From an uncultured Clostridia bacterium (GTDB taxonomy: Bacteria > Bacillota > Clostridia > TANB77 > CAG-508), in assembly GCA_904419495.1 (NCBI GenBank), contig CAJFRV010000007.1, forward strand, positions 21,763 to 85,762: 64,000 nucleotides of DNA, written 5' to 3'. The position numbers and the translations under genes are program-made. How positions within the stretch are numbered: position 1 is the first letter of the stretch; each line of letters starts with the position of its first letter. Below the pieces are notes generated by a model that had not been told where the DNA came from, made no database searches, and saw only the letters and a program-made list of their open reading frames with translations. Of this stretch, positions 1 to 11,800 are shown piece by piece.

Positions 1-943
1 GAATAATATAAAAATAGTAGCAAATAGTGCATATTTTCCTCAAAAAGAAGTGAAAAATAATGATTTAGAAAAATACTTGAATTTGGAAAATGGATATATA
101 GAAAAAAGAACAGGCATCAGAAATAGATATTATGCAATAAATGAAAAAATAGAAGATATGGCATTAAAAGCAGTTGAAAATATGATAAAACAATCTAAAC
201 AGCAAGATTGTATAAATAATGTAGATTTAATTATAGTCGCAACCACAAGTACAAATATACTAATGCCGGGAATTGCAAACTATATTCAAAAAATGTTAGA
301 AATGACTCCATGTATGTGTTTAGATATATTAGCTGGATGCAATGGATATATTAATGCTTTAGACATAGCTAAAACATATATAGACTCAGGAAGAATCAAT
401 AAAGCACTTATTATAGGAGTAGATAAACTTTCAGATGTAATAGATAAAGAAGACGTTGGAACAGCTATTGTTTTATCAGATGGCGCAGGTGCAACTTTAA
501 TTGAAAAAGATACAAATTGTCATTCTCCAAAAAAATATATCTCAAATATCCAATCTGAAGGAAAAAATAATGAAATATTAACTTATGAATATGGAAAAAA
601 ATTATATATGAATGGAAAAGAAATATATAAATATGCTGTTACAGAAACAGTAGATAATATTAAAGAACTATTACATAATGCGAAATTGACATTAGAAGAT
701 ATTACATATATTGTACCACATCAATCAAACCTAAAAATTATGAAAGCAATTGCATCAAGATTACATATAGATATGAATAAAATGTATACCAATATACAAA
801 CAAGGGGAAATACATTTTGTGCAAGTATACCAATTGCATTATATGATATGCAAAATGAACAACAGTTAAACAAAGGAGATAAGATTATTTTATTAGGATA
901 TGGTGGAGGATTAAATACAGGTAGCATTTTGCTAGAAATATAA
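1..943 (+). CDS. fabH: 3-oxoacyl-ACP synthase III (5' end cut by window edge)
   Basis: Catalytic Cys motif DILAGCNGY, HQSN, GNTFCASIP and C-terminal GYGGGL. The frame is open from base 2 (NNIKIVANSAYFPQKEV), so the start lies at or just before the window edge rather than at GTG 50. Confidence 0.9.
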   Translation, partial: NNIKIVANSAYFPQKEVKNNDLEKYLNLENGYIEKRTGIRNRYYAINEKIEDMALKAVENMIKQSKQQDCINNVDLIIVATTSTNILMPGIANYIQKMLEMTPCMCLDILAGCNGYINALDIAKTYIDSGRINKALIIGVDKLSDVIDKEDVGTAIVLSDGAGATLIEKDTNCHSPKKYISNIQSEGKNNEILTYEYGKKLYMNGKEIYKYAVTETVDNIKELLHNAKLTLEDITYIVPHQSNLKIMKAIASRLHIDMNKMYTNIQTRGNTFCASIPIALYDMQNEQQLNKGDKIILLGYGGGLNTGSILLEI

Positions 944-951
944 GAAAAATG

Positions 952-1020
952 CCTTATTATATATGGGAAAATCTTATATAAGGTCAAAATAGAAGTCGAT
1001 TTTTCCTATACAATAAAAAA
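952..1020. repeat. Intergenic hairpin repeat, copy 1 (fabH-fabD)
   Basis: Homologous to 2816-2883: shared CCTT..TATA.G..AAAATC, ATATAAGGTCAA and CTATACAATAAAAAA. Confidence 0.7.
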
Positions 1021-1045
1021 ATATATATAGAAAGGAAGAAAAATA

Positions 1046-1981
1046 ATGAAAAGAGCATTTTTATTTCCGGGACAAGGAGCACAAGTTGTTGGAATGGGAA
1101 AAGATATCTATGAAAAATATGATGAAGCAAAAAGAATTTATGAGGAAGCTTCAAATATATCTGGAATAGATATTAAAAAACTTTGCTTTGAAGGTCCAGA
1201 AGAAGAACTTAATAAAACAGAAAACACACAAATAGCCATATTAACAACAAGCTTAGCAATATTAGAAGTATTGAAATCAAAAGGAATTGAGGCAGATATT
1301 GCAACAGGATTAAGTTTAGGAGAATATGGAGCATTAATTTATTCAGGAATGATTAGTTTTAAAGATGGAATCAAGCTAATTCAAAAAAGAGGCTACTATA
1401 TGGGAAATCTATTGCCAAATGAAACTTATGCTATGGCAGCAGTTATAGGATTAGACTCTGAAAAAATAGAAGAAGTTTGCAAAGAAATTTCAAAAGAAGA
1501 TAAATTTATTGTTATAGCTAACTATAATTGTAGTGTTCAAACAGTTATTTCTGGGGAAGAAGAAGCGATCGAAGAAGCAATGGAAAAACTAAAAGAAGTA
1601 GGTGCAAAAAGAGTATTAAGATTAAATACAAGCGGACCATTCCATACAATAAAACTAGAAAAAGCAAAAGAAACATATGAAAAGGAATTAGAAACAGTAA
1701 ATTTTCAAGTAAGTGACAAAGTAAAAGTTATCAAAAACATAGATGGAACTTATTATCATGTAAATGATAATATAAAAGAAATCTTAGCAAATCATATCAT
1801 AAGTCCAGTCAGATTTGATAAAGCAATCAAACTTATGGAAGAAGAACAGGTAGAAGAATATGTGGAAATCGGTCCGGGAAGGACATTAACAGGATTTGTA
1901 AAAAAAGAGAATAAAGAAGCAAACACCTATAATATTAATAGTTTGGAAACTTTAGAAAAATATTTAGAAATGTATAAATAG
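1046..1981 (+). CDS. fabD: Malonyl-CoA:ACP transacylase
   Basis: FLFPGQGAQ, GLSLGEY (GxSxG), SGPFH, EIGPG; fab cluster context. Confidence 0.95.
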   Translation: MKRAFLFPGQGAQVVGMGKDIYEKYDEAKRIYEEASNISGIDIKKLCFEGPEEELNKTENTQIAILTTSLAILEVLKSKGIEADIATGLSLGEYGALIYSGMISFKDGIKLIQKRGYYMGNLLPNETYAMAAVIGLDSEKIEEVCKEISKEDKFIVIANYNCSVQTVISGEEEAIEEAMEKLKEVGAKRVLRLNTSGPFHTIKLEKAKETYEKELETVNFQVSDKVKVIKNIDGTYYHVNDNIKEILANHIISPVRFDKAIKLMEEEQVEEYVEIGPGRTLTGFVKKENKEANTYNINSLETLEKYLEMYK

Positions 1982-2064
1982 AGATCATGTTTATTCTGTT
2001 ATAGGAAAATTCAATATTTCCTATAACATCAACTTAATAAAACCAAGGAAAGGATGAAAGAAAG

Positions 2065-2805
2065 ATGGAAGAAAATAAAACCGTATTTGTAACAGGAGCT
2101 TCAAGAGGAATAGGAAAGGAAGTAGCTTTAAAATTTGCAGATAATGGATATAATGTTGTTATAAATTATGTATCAAGTAAAACAAATGTCGAAGAATTAA
2201 AGGCAGAATTTGAAAGTAAAGGCGTAAAAGCCTTAATTATGCAAGCAGATGTAACAGATGTAGAAGCAATTGAGAAACTTGTAAAAACAGCAATAGAAGA
2301 ATTTGGAAGTATAGATGTTTTGGTAAATAATGCAGGCATCACAAGAGATAATTTATTAATGAGAATGAGTGAAGAAGAATTTGACAAAGTCATACAAGTT
2401 AATTTAAAAGGAACATACATTGTAACAAAAGCAGTTACAAAGTATATGATGAAAAAAAGAAAAGGAAGCATTATTAACTTAGCTTCTGTTGTTGGTGTTG
2501 CAGGAAATGCAGGACAATGTAATTATGCAGCTTCAAAAGCAGGAATTATTGGATTTACAAAAAGTATAGCAAAAGAATTAGCTTCTAGAAATATTCGTTC
2601 AAATGCGGTAGCACCGGGATTTATAGAAACAGATATGACAGCTGTTTTATCAGATGAAATAAAAGAAAATATACATAATCAAATTCCATTAAAACGAATG
2701 GGAACAGCGAAAGAAGTTGCAAATTTGATATACTTCTTAGGCTCTGATGAAAGTGCTTATATAACTGGTCAAGTGATTAATGTTGATGGTGGAATGGTCA
2801 TGTAA
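2065..2805 (+). CDS. fabG: 3-oxoacyl-ACP reductase
   Basis: TGASRGIG, NNAGITRD, YAASKAG, APGFIETDM. Confidence 0.96.
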   Translation: MEENKTVFVTGASRGIGKEVALKFADNGYNVVINYVSSKTNVEELKAEFESKGVKALIMQADVTDVEAIEKLVKTAIEEFGSIDVLVNNAGITRDNLLMRMSEEEFDKVIQVNLKGTYIVTKAVTKYMMKKRKGSIINLASVVGVAGNAGQCNYAASKAGIIGFTKSIAKELASRNIRSNAVAPGFIETDMTAVLSDEIKENIHNQIPLKRMGTAKEVANLIYFLGSDESAYITGQVINVDGGMVM

Positions 2806-2815
2806 GAAGGCCTAA

Positions 2816-2883
2816 CCTTGTTGTATACGAAAAAATCCATATAAGGTCAAGATAAAAGCCAATTTTTTCTATACAATAAAAAA
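2816..2883. repeat. Intergenic hairpin repeat, copy 2 (fabG-fabF)
   Basis: Colinear with 952-1020; arms TTGTATA..AAAAAAT / ATTTTTT.TATACAA. Confidence 0.7.
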
Positions 2884-2919
2884 TTGAAATAGAAATAGTA
2901 TGAAAGAGAAAGGAAGAGA

Positions 2920-4164
2920 ATGATGGAAAGAAGAGTTGTTATTACAGGATTGGGAGCATTAACACCAATAGGAAATACTGCAAAAGAATTTTGGGACGGA
3001 ATTAAGGCAGGAAAATGTGGAGTTGATGAAATAAAAAGTTTTGATGCTACAAATTTTAAAGTAAAGTTAGCAGCAGAATTAAAAAATTATAATCCAGAAG
3101 ATTATTTTGATAAAAGAGAGGCTAAAAGATTAGATAAATTTTCTCAATATGCTATGATAGCTGCTAGAGAAGCATGGAAAGATAGTGGATTAGATAAAGA
3201 AACTGAAAATATGGAAAGAGTAGGAATTGTTATTGGTTCTGGAATTGGAGGAATCAAAACAATTGAAGAAGAGAATGAAAAATGTATTACAAGAGGACCA
3301 GATAGAGTTTCTCCTATGTATATTCCTATGGGGATTTTAAATATGGCAACAGGAAATGTAGCAATTGATATAGGTGCAAAAGGTGAATCTATGGCTATGG
3401 TAACAGCATGTGCATCTGGAACACATTGTATTGGAGAAAGTTTCAGAATGGTAAAACATGGATATCAAGATGTTGTTTTAGCAGGAGGAACAGAAGCTGG
3501 AATTACACCTCTTGGTATAGCAGGATTTACCAATATTAAAGCTTTAACAAAATCAGAAGATAAAACAAGAGCAAGTATCCCGTTTGACAAAGAAAGAAGT
3601 GGATTTGTAATGGGAGAAGGTTCAGGTGTTATTGTATTAGAAGAATTAGAACATGCAAGAAAAAGAGGAGCAAAAATATATGCAGAAATAGTTGGGTATG
3701 GTGCTACATCTGATGCTTATCATATTACATCACCAGCTCCAGAAGGAGAAGGCGGTGCAAGAGCCATGAAACTTGCTATGGAAGATGGAAAAGTAAACCC
3801 AGAAGAAATTACATATATTAATGCACATGGTACATCAACACACTTAAATGATTCTTGTGAAACACAAGCAATTAAAACAGCTTTAGGTGAAGAAAACGCT
3901 AAGAAAGTAATGGTAAGTTCAACAAAAGGACATACAGGTCATTTATTAGGCGCAGCAGGTGGAGTAGAAGCAATTGTATGTGCAAAAGCTATTGAAGAAG
4001 GATTTGTTCCAGCTACAATCAATTACAAAGTTCCTGATGAAGAATGCGATTTAGATATTGTTCCAAATGAAGGAAGAAAAGTAGATATCAAATATGCAAT
4101 TTCTAACTCATTAGGATTTGGTGGACATAATAGTAGTATTTTATTGAAAAAATATGAAGGATAA
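2920..4164 (+). CDS. fabF: 3-oxoacyl-ACP synthase II
   Basis: RRVVITGLG, TACASG, NAHGTST, KGHTGHLLGAAG, SNSLGFGGHN. Confidence 0.97.
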   Translation: MMERRVVITGLGALTPIGNTAKEFWDGIKAGKCGVDEIKSFDATNFKVKLAAELKNYNPEDYFDKREAKRLDKFSQYAMIAAREAWKDSGLDKETENMERVGIVIGSGIGGIKTIEEENEKCITRGPDRVSPMYIPMGILNMATGNVAIDIGAKGESMAMVTACASGTHCIGESFRMVKHGYQDVVLAGGTEAGITPLGIAGFTNIKALTKSEDKTRASIPFDKERSGFVMGEGSGVIVLEELEHARKRGAKIYAEIVGYGATSDAYHITSPAPEGEGGARAMKLAMEDGKVNPEEITYINAHGTSTHLNDSCETQAIKTALGEENAKKVMVSSTKGHTGHLLGAAGGVEAIVCAKAIEEGFVPATINYKVPDEECDLDIVPNEGRKVDIKYAISNSLGFGGHNSSILLKKYEG

Positions 4165-4253
4165 TAAAATAAACATTTTCAAATTAGAAAAAATAGTGTA
4201 AAATAAAGAAGAAGTCATATTTGCTTTTAAATAATCAAAATGGAGGGAGAATT

Positions 4254-4718
4254 ATGGATTATAAAGAAATTAAAAAGTTAATGGATGATATGGGAAATTC
4301 TAAATTAGAAGAATTAGAAATTGAATTTCCAGATGGTGTCAAAATTAGTATGAAAAAAAGCGAAAAAAGAGAAGTAATTGTAGAACCACATGTTATAGAA
4401 GCAAGCGCACCAATGTCTGTTCCTGTAGTAAAACCACAAGAAGAAAAGGGAATGGTTACAGTACCAGAAAAGAAAGAAGAAAATTATAAAGTAATCAAAT
4501 CACCAATGGTAGGAACTTTTTATGCTAGCTCATCTCCAGATAAAGATCCATATGTTAAAGTAGGAGATAGAATTTCAAAAGGGCAAGTTGTATGTATCGT
4601 AGAAGCTATGAAATTAATGAATGAAATCGAATCAGAATTTGATGGCGAAATTGTAGAAATCTGCGTAAAAAATGAAGATGTTGTAGAATATGGCACACCT
4701 TTATTTAAAATCAAATAA
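4254..4718 (+). CDS. accB: Acetyl-CoA carboxylase biotin carboxyl carrier protein
   Basis: SPMVGTFY and EAMKLMNE biotinylation motif. ATG 4254 follows GGAGGGAG. Confidence 0.94.
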   Translation: MDYKEIKKLMDDMGNSKLEELEIEFPDGVKISMKKSEKREVIVEPHVIEASAPMSVPVVKPQEEKGMVTVPEKKEENYKVIKSPMVGTFYASSSPDKDPYVKVGDRISKGQVVCIVEAMKLMNEIESEFDGEIVEICVKNEDVVEYGTPLFKIK

Positions 4719-4753
4719 TGTCCATTGGGGACGTTTCCTTTTGGGACATTTTT
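4718..4753. repeat. Single REP-like palindrome (same family as 24599 and 44445)
   Basis: ATGTCCATTGGGGACGTTTCCTTTTGGGACATTTTT directly after the accB stop. Confidence 0.8.
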
Positions 4754-4805
4754 AGTTCTTATATTAAAATAAATAATAAAAATAGGAAGGAAAAAGGTAG
4801 TAGAA

Positions 4806-5228
4806 ATGTTAAATAAAGAGCAAATTAAAGAGATTATTCCTCAAAGAGATCCATTTTTAATGATTGATGAAGTAGAGGCTTATATTCCGGGAGAAAGTGC
4901 AGTAGCATATAAGAATGTAAGTGAAGATGAATATTACTTTAAAGGACACTTTCCGGGAAATCCAATTATGCCGGGGGTTTTAATTGTAGAATCATTAGCA
5001 CAAACTGGTGCAGTTGCTATTCTTTCTATGGAAGAAAATAAAGGAAAAAATGCACTTTTCGGAGGTATTGATAAATTAAGATTTAAAAAACAAGTAGTTC
5101 CGGGCGATAGATTAAAATTAGAGGTAAAAATAATTAAAAGAAAAGGTCCTATTGGAATTGGAGAAGCTATTGCAACAGTGGATGGAAAAGTAGCAGCAAA
5201 AGGAGAATTAACTTTTGCAGTTGTTTAA
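4806..5228 (+). CDS. fabZ: 3-hydroxyacyl-ACP dehydratase
   Basis: [33 protein letters not shown]. Confidence 0.96.
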   Translation: MLNKEQIKEIIPQRDPFLMIDEVEAYIPGESAVAYKNVSEDEYYFKGHFPGNPIMPGVLIVESLAQTGAVAILSMEENKGKNALFGGIDKLRFKKQVVPGDRLKLEVKIIKRKGPIGIGEAIATVDGKVAAKGELTFAVV

Positions 5229-5278
5229 AAATAAATATTTGAAAACTGAAATCCAGTTGTAGTAACGATACAATAGAC

Positions 5279-5324
5279 AAAAAAAGATTATAGTATAATT
5301 AAATTTTATGCTATAATCTTTTTT
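5279..5324. terminator. Probable bidirectional intrinsic terminator between fabZ and the XRE gene
   Basis: Inverted repeat AAAAAGATTATAG...CTATAATCTTTTT between convergent genes. Confidence 0.65.
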
Positions 5325-5583
5325 ATGCTTCATAATATTGATCAGTATTACTATATAAATCTTCTAAGGAAATTCCTAAAACTTTACAGAAAGCTAGAGC
5401 TTCAAAATCTTTTACTGTTTTTTTACCATATTCGATTTCATAAATGTCACAAATATACATGGTAACACCTAATAAATCTAATTTTTTACAAATTTCTGGT
5501 TGTGATATTTTTTTCAATTTTCTATATTTCCTTAAATTTTTACCAATAATATTTAAATTTCCATTTAAGGTTTTTACTTTCAT
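5323..5583 (-). CDS. XRE-family helix-turn-helix transcriptional regulator
   Basis: IGKNLRKYRKLKKISQPEI...IEYGKK...FCKVLGIS pattern; GGAGG RBS; divergent from the DGR target gene. Confidence 0.85.
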   Translation of the reverse strand: MKVKTLNGNLNIIGKNLRKYRKLKKISQPEICKKLDLLGVTMYICDIYEIEYGKKTVKDFEALAFCKVLGISLEDLYSNTDQYYEA

Positions 5584-5725
5584 GAAATACCTCCTATAAA
5601 TTTAAAACTAGTTAATTTAAATTATATTCTATAGTAAAATTCGCCATCGCTTTACAGGATGAAACTGTAAATATTACAAAAATATTTCTAAAAAGTTACA
5701 AATAAGATACATTTCATAAAAAAGA

Positions 5726-5755
5726 TTGAAAGTAATCTACAGGATGTGGTATATT
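5726..5755 (+). promoter_or_regulatory. Putative sigma-A promoter of the DGR target gene
   Basis: TTGAAA (5726-5731), 18-bp spacer, TG-n-TATATT extended -10 (5750-5755). TACAGGATG boxes at 5653, 5738 and 5770. Confidence 0.5.
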
Positions 5756-5886
5756 AAAAATAAGAAAACTACAGGATGTAGCATAAGTTTTGTAGTTTTT
5801 AGAAAATAGAATAAGTGAGAATTAGGAGCTTGTGAGATGTTTTTTAAAAGTAAATATATAAAATCAAAAGAGGAGGTATTTATAAA

Positions 5887-8800
5887 ATGAAATTTTCAAA
5901 GGGGAGAATGTTATTAGCAAAAGATGGAACACATGGTATCACTTTAATTGCACTGGTTATTACCATTATTGTTTTGTTAATTTTAGCAGGTATTAGTATA
6001 GCAACTTTATCAGGAGATAATGGTGTACTTACAAAAGCGGTAGAAGCTAAAAAACAGACTAAAATAGCAGAAGATACAGAAAATCTACAACTTTTATATG
6101 TACAAAAAGCAGGAGAAACAAAATACGGGGATCCATCAATAGATGAATACTTAGACTATGTAGAAGAAAAAGGATATCCGACTAAAGTAGACAACGGAGT
6201 CAGTTATGTAGAAGCAGATGGAAGTATCTATGAAGTTAGTATTGAAGATGGAGAATTGAAAGTAGATTATGTAGAAGAAGGTACAATTACTGATCCAAGA
6301 ATACAAAGAATAGAAATTGTAGAAAAAACTATGAATAGTATTAAGATATCTGTTATAGCATCAAGATTAGATGGCGGAACTTTCTATTATTATATAGGAA
6401 CAAGCGAAGATCAATTAGAAGAACAAGGAAGCGGTAAAGAAACAGAGTTCACATTTGAAAATTTAAGTCCGGGACAAACATATTATATTAAAGTAAAAGG
6501 TGTTACTACAGATGGAAGAGAAACAGAAAAAAATATAACAGCACAGATAGATTCTATACCAGATGCGGAAGGAAATATAACTTATGACATAAGATGGAAT
6601 AATGGAACAGCAACTGTTACTTTTAGAAGTACAAGTGGTTATACAATTGAAACAAGTAGAGATGGTTTAACATATACAAAAAGTTCTGTTGTAAGTGGTG
6701 TAGAAAATGGAGGAATTGTACGAGCAAGATTAACAAATGGAAACTTTGCAGGAAAAGAAATTACTGTAACAGTAATAGACTCTGAAAAACCAAAATTAAC
6801 ACTAAAAACAGGAAAAGTAACAAGTAAATCAATAGAATTAATTGCAACGGCAACAGATAATGAAAGTGGTGTTACGGGACAGTCATATAATTATTATATA
6901 GGAAAAGGTGGAGAAAGTAGCACGTTATCTGGAAATAATACAACAGGAAAATATACTTTTGAAAACTTAGATCAAAATACAACCTATGAAATTAAGGTAG
7001 AAATAGAAGATAGAGCAGGAAATAAAGCAACACAAACAATGGAAGCAAAAACAGAATTAATACCATCAGCTTCAAGTGCAATTCGTAGGAATGTTGTATG
7101 GAATGCAGATGGAACTGCACAAGTAACATTATCAACAGATACAAGTTACAACATTTTATATAATATAGATGGCGGTCAATGGGAATTATATTCAAATGCA
7201 TTATCTGTGACGAATGGACAAACAATTTATATGTGCTTAACAGACGGAAGAAATAGAGGAGAAGAATATGGATTACAGGTAATAGATAGAGATGGTCCAG
7301 AAATCACAGTGACAAGAGGAAAAATTACAACAAATTCTATAACGGTAAATGTAGAGGCAGAGGATAAAGGATCAGGATTACCACAAGGAAATACATACAA
7401 ATATTATATTAAATCAAGCAATGAATCAGATTATAGGTTAATAAAAGAAGGTGAAAGTAATACAACATTCACATTTACAGGATTGACTGCTCAAACAACA
7501 TATAATATTAGAGTAACAACAACAGACTTAGTGGGAAATGAAGGAAAAGGAGAAATAGATGCTACTACAAATGAATTTACTTATGTAACTGGTAATATTG
7601 AATTTAGTGAAATTCGTTGGGAAAACAAATTAGCAAATGTTACACTAACAAACAATACAGCAAATGCAATGGAATATAAAATCATTCCAAAGGGAACAGA
7701 AGTAGACTTAGGGGGAACATGGCAAACAGCATCTAATAAAACACAAACAGTAGGAAATTTAAAAGCTGGAGATATCATTCTTGCAAGATTGAATGATGGG
7801 GTTAATACAACAGGTTATGCAACATTAACTATCCAAGACACGATAAATCCAAGTATAGAAGTAAAAATTAGTAATGAACAATGGACCAATACATCTGTTA
7901 CCATAACTATTAATGCAACAGATAACGAAAGTGGATTACAAGAACAAGCTTATAGTTTTGACGGTGGTACAAATTGGCAAGCAGAAAATACAAAAACATA
8001 TGAACAAAATACTGCCGGAATTGTTATAAAAGTAAGAGACGAAGCTGGAAATGTGACAACATATAATACAATCAACATTACAAATATAGATAAAGACGGT
8101 CCAACAATGAATGTAGAAACAGATACAACATCAAATTCATTAACAGTAAATATTACATCTGTAACAGATGCTGGAATAGGACTAGAAGATACACCAACTT
8201 TTGTATATTATATAGCGACAAGTAGTGAAGCATTAGAAACCACAATAGGAGCTACAAGTACAGAAAAAACAAAACAATATACAGATTTAACGCAAAATAC
8301 AACCTATTATTTAAAAGTAGAAGTACAAGATAAATTAGGAAATGTAACAACTGTGTATAAAACAGTATCAACAGGATCATTAGATGCAAGTTCAGGAGAT
8401 GTTAATATAACAGATCCAGAATGGACAAATGGAAAAGCAAGTGTTAGAATTACGAATCAATCAGAATATGATTTACAATATCAAATCGTAGAAAATGGTG
8501 AGAGTTTTAATGAAAACGGAAACTGGACAAATGAAACGAATAAAGAAATGAATATTGGAGAATTAAAACATGGAGATGTTATATATGTAAGATTAACAGA
8601 TGGAAGCAATGTTAGTGGAACAATTATTAAAGAAATAAAAGATGTAGTAAATCCAACAATCACATCTGTAACAGGAAATCGTGAAGAATGGACCAATACA
8701 CCAATTACTTTAACGATTAATGCAACAGATAATGAAAGTGGATTACAAGAACAAGCATATAGTTTTGATGGTGGAAAAACTTGGCAAAAGGAAAATACAA

Positions 8801-11800
8801 AAATATATGAACAAAATACTGCTGGAATTGTTATACAAGTAAGAGATATAGCAGGTAATATAACAACATATGACACGATCGACATTACAAAGATTGATAA
8901 AACAGGACCAAGTATAACCATTGAAGAACAAGAAACAACAACCAATCAAAGTACAATCAATGTAAAGGCTACAGATAGTGGCGTAGGTATGGAGGAAACT
9001 CCAACCTACACCTATTACACAAAACAAGGAGAAGCAGAAAACTATACCAAAATAGAGGAAAATCAGAATACAACATATACATTTAAAAACTTAAAAGCAG
9101 GAACAACATATACCATAAAAGTCGAAGCAAAAGATACATTAGGAAATATAGGTGAGAAAACACTAGAAATTACAACAAGAAATTTATTATATTCAGTTGG
9201 AGATATTACGTTTACAGATATTATATGGAACAACGGAAAGGCAACAGTAACTGCAAATAATAAAATAGAAGAATATGATATGCAATATCAAATTGGGAAA
9301 GATGGAGCAAACATTAATTTAAATGGAGTATGGACAACAGTAAAAGAAAAATCAATACCAATTACCAATTTAGAAGATGATGATATTATTTATGCAAGAC
9401 TAACTGATGGTGTGAATGTAACTAGTGGGTATGCAACCTGTAATATTAGTAATATATCAAAAGAAACATACACAGAGGAAGAATTAGCAAAAGAAACAAC
9501 AAGAGCAGATTATGAAATATTAGGCATATCTGTAAATAATAATGAAATACGTGTACAAATTGATGGAAAAGAAGAGAATGGAGCATTATATAATTATTAT
9601 TACAAAACAGTTAATGATGATAAATATACATTAATTAGTACAAATACAAATTATAATGAGCCAGCAGTCATAACAGATATACAAGAAGGAACATTATATA
9701 AAATTAAAGCAACCATTATTGATACAGATGGAAATGTATCAAGAAGTGCGAATACAGCAACTACAATAGCACTGGGACAAGCAACTCAAAATACAACCTA
9801 TAATGACAATAGAACTTACATTGATAATAGTAAAGAAGTAGAAAATGCAGAAGGAAGTAAAGTAGTAGCTGGATATACAGTTAGTGTACCAGCAGGATTT
9901 AAAGTTTCAGAAACAGAAGGACAAAATAAACAAGAGGATGGGGTTGTATTAAAAGATAACAACGGAAACGAATATGTATGGATACCTGTTTATGATGCCA
10001 TATATGATGGTGTAACCAGTATGCCAACAAGTACAGGTACAGCAACTAGAACATATAAACCTATGGCAACTAAACAAACAGGAAAAGCGGGATATTACGA
10101 AAGTTTAATTTACACTTTTAATGGAACATTATCATATAGAAATTCAAGTAATACAGGAATCGGAAAAACAAGTTACAGAGAACCAAGTTTGATAACAAAT
10201 AATGCAAATGATGGATATACTTGGGATGTAACACAAACAGTAGGTGTAAACTATGATGCAGCAGAAGATTATTATAAAACAGTCTTAGGATTTGAAAGCG
10301 CAAAAGCTTTTGGAGAATATATGGCAAGTAGCTATAATGATATGATTATGTCAGTTGATTCTTATGGAGGTTTTTATATAGGAAGATATGAAACAACAGC
10401 AGAAGAAACAGGAGACGGTGTTGTTGTTGGATCACAAGCCAATAAAACGGTATTAGCTAACAAAAATTGGTATCAAATGTTGTTATATCAAGATAGTGAA
10501 AAATATACGAAAAATCCATACAACACAATTGCAAGTGCAAGAACAAGTATGGTTTGGGGAAACCAATGGGATGCTATGTTAAATTATGTTTTAAAAGGAA
10601 TGGATAGTACAAAAGTAACTGGAAAAACCGGACAACAGAAAAATACACCAAGCAATTCTGGACAAGATGCATCAGATGTCATGAATAATATATATGATTT
10701 AGGATCAAATCTATATGAATGGACACAAGAAGCAAATGCAACTAACTATAGAATTTATAGAGGAGGAAGCTATGATACAGCATCTTCAGGAAGAGCATAT
10801 ACAAGAAATAATGTTGTACCAATAGACCAAGGACCAGCATTTGGAACAAGACTAGGTTTATATGTTAAGAGTACAAATGATGTAACAGGACCGGTTGTAA
10901 CAATTAACCATACAACAGCAACCTCAAATACGATTACAGTAGATGTAACAGCAACTGACAAGGAAACAGGTGTAAGTAGTTATCGATATTCTATTAGTGA
11001 AAATGGTATGAATTGGACACAAGTTGCAGAAACAACAACAAATACCTATACTTATACAGGCTTAAAACAAAATACAAATTATTATATAAGAATTATAGCC
11101 GTTGACGGACAAGAAAATGTTGGAGAAGCAGTAGAAACACAAGTAAAAACACAAACATTAGGAAACATTTCAGCAACAGCCATTACCTTATCACAAAAAT
11201 ATGGACCAGATGGACAAGGAATTGTACAATTGAACTTAGAAGATACCTACAAGAATTCAGGATATCATATAGAAACACAAGTTGTAAAACCGGGTGGAAA
11301 CTTCACAGAAGATCAAGGATGGACATCAGGAGATACGGTATATAATTTATCAAATGGAGATAAAATTTATGCAACTGTATATGATGGAAAGAATCGTTCA
11401 GGGGATTATTTCGAATTAGTAGTAGACGGTTTAGAAGAATATGCTTATATAGATGAAGAAGGAAATACCTATACAGAAGAGGAAGCACAAAAAGAAGAAA
11501 ATAAAAATCAAACTACTTACGATACAACTATGAATTATACAGATGAAGAAGGAAATACTGCAACCATTCCAGCAGGATTTAAAGTAGGAATATCTGATTC
11601 TGTAAAAAGTATTAACAATGGACTAGTTATTCAAGATAACAAAGGAAACGAATATGTTTGGGTACCAGTAGAAGAAGCTATTGAAACAGATACAACAACA
11701 GATTCAGCCCAAAAAGCAATGGCGAGATATCAAGCAGGATATAGTAGTGGTTCAGCAAAGGAATTTTTTGAAGGAATTTTATATAACTTTACAGGAACAG

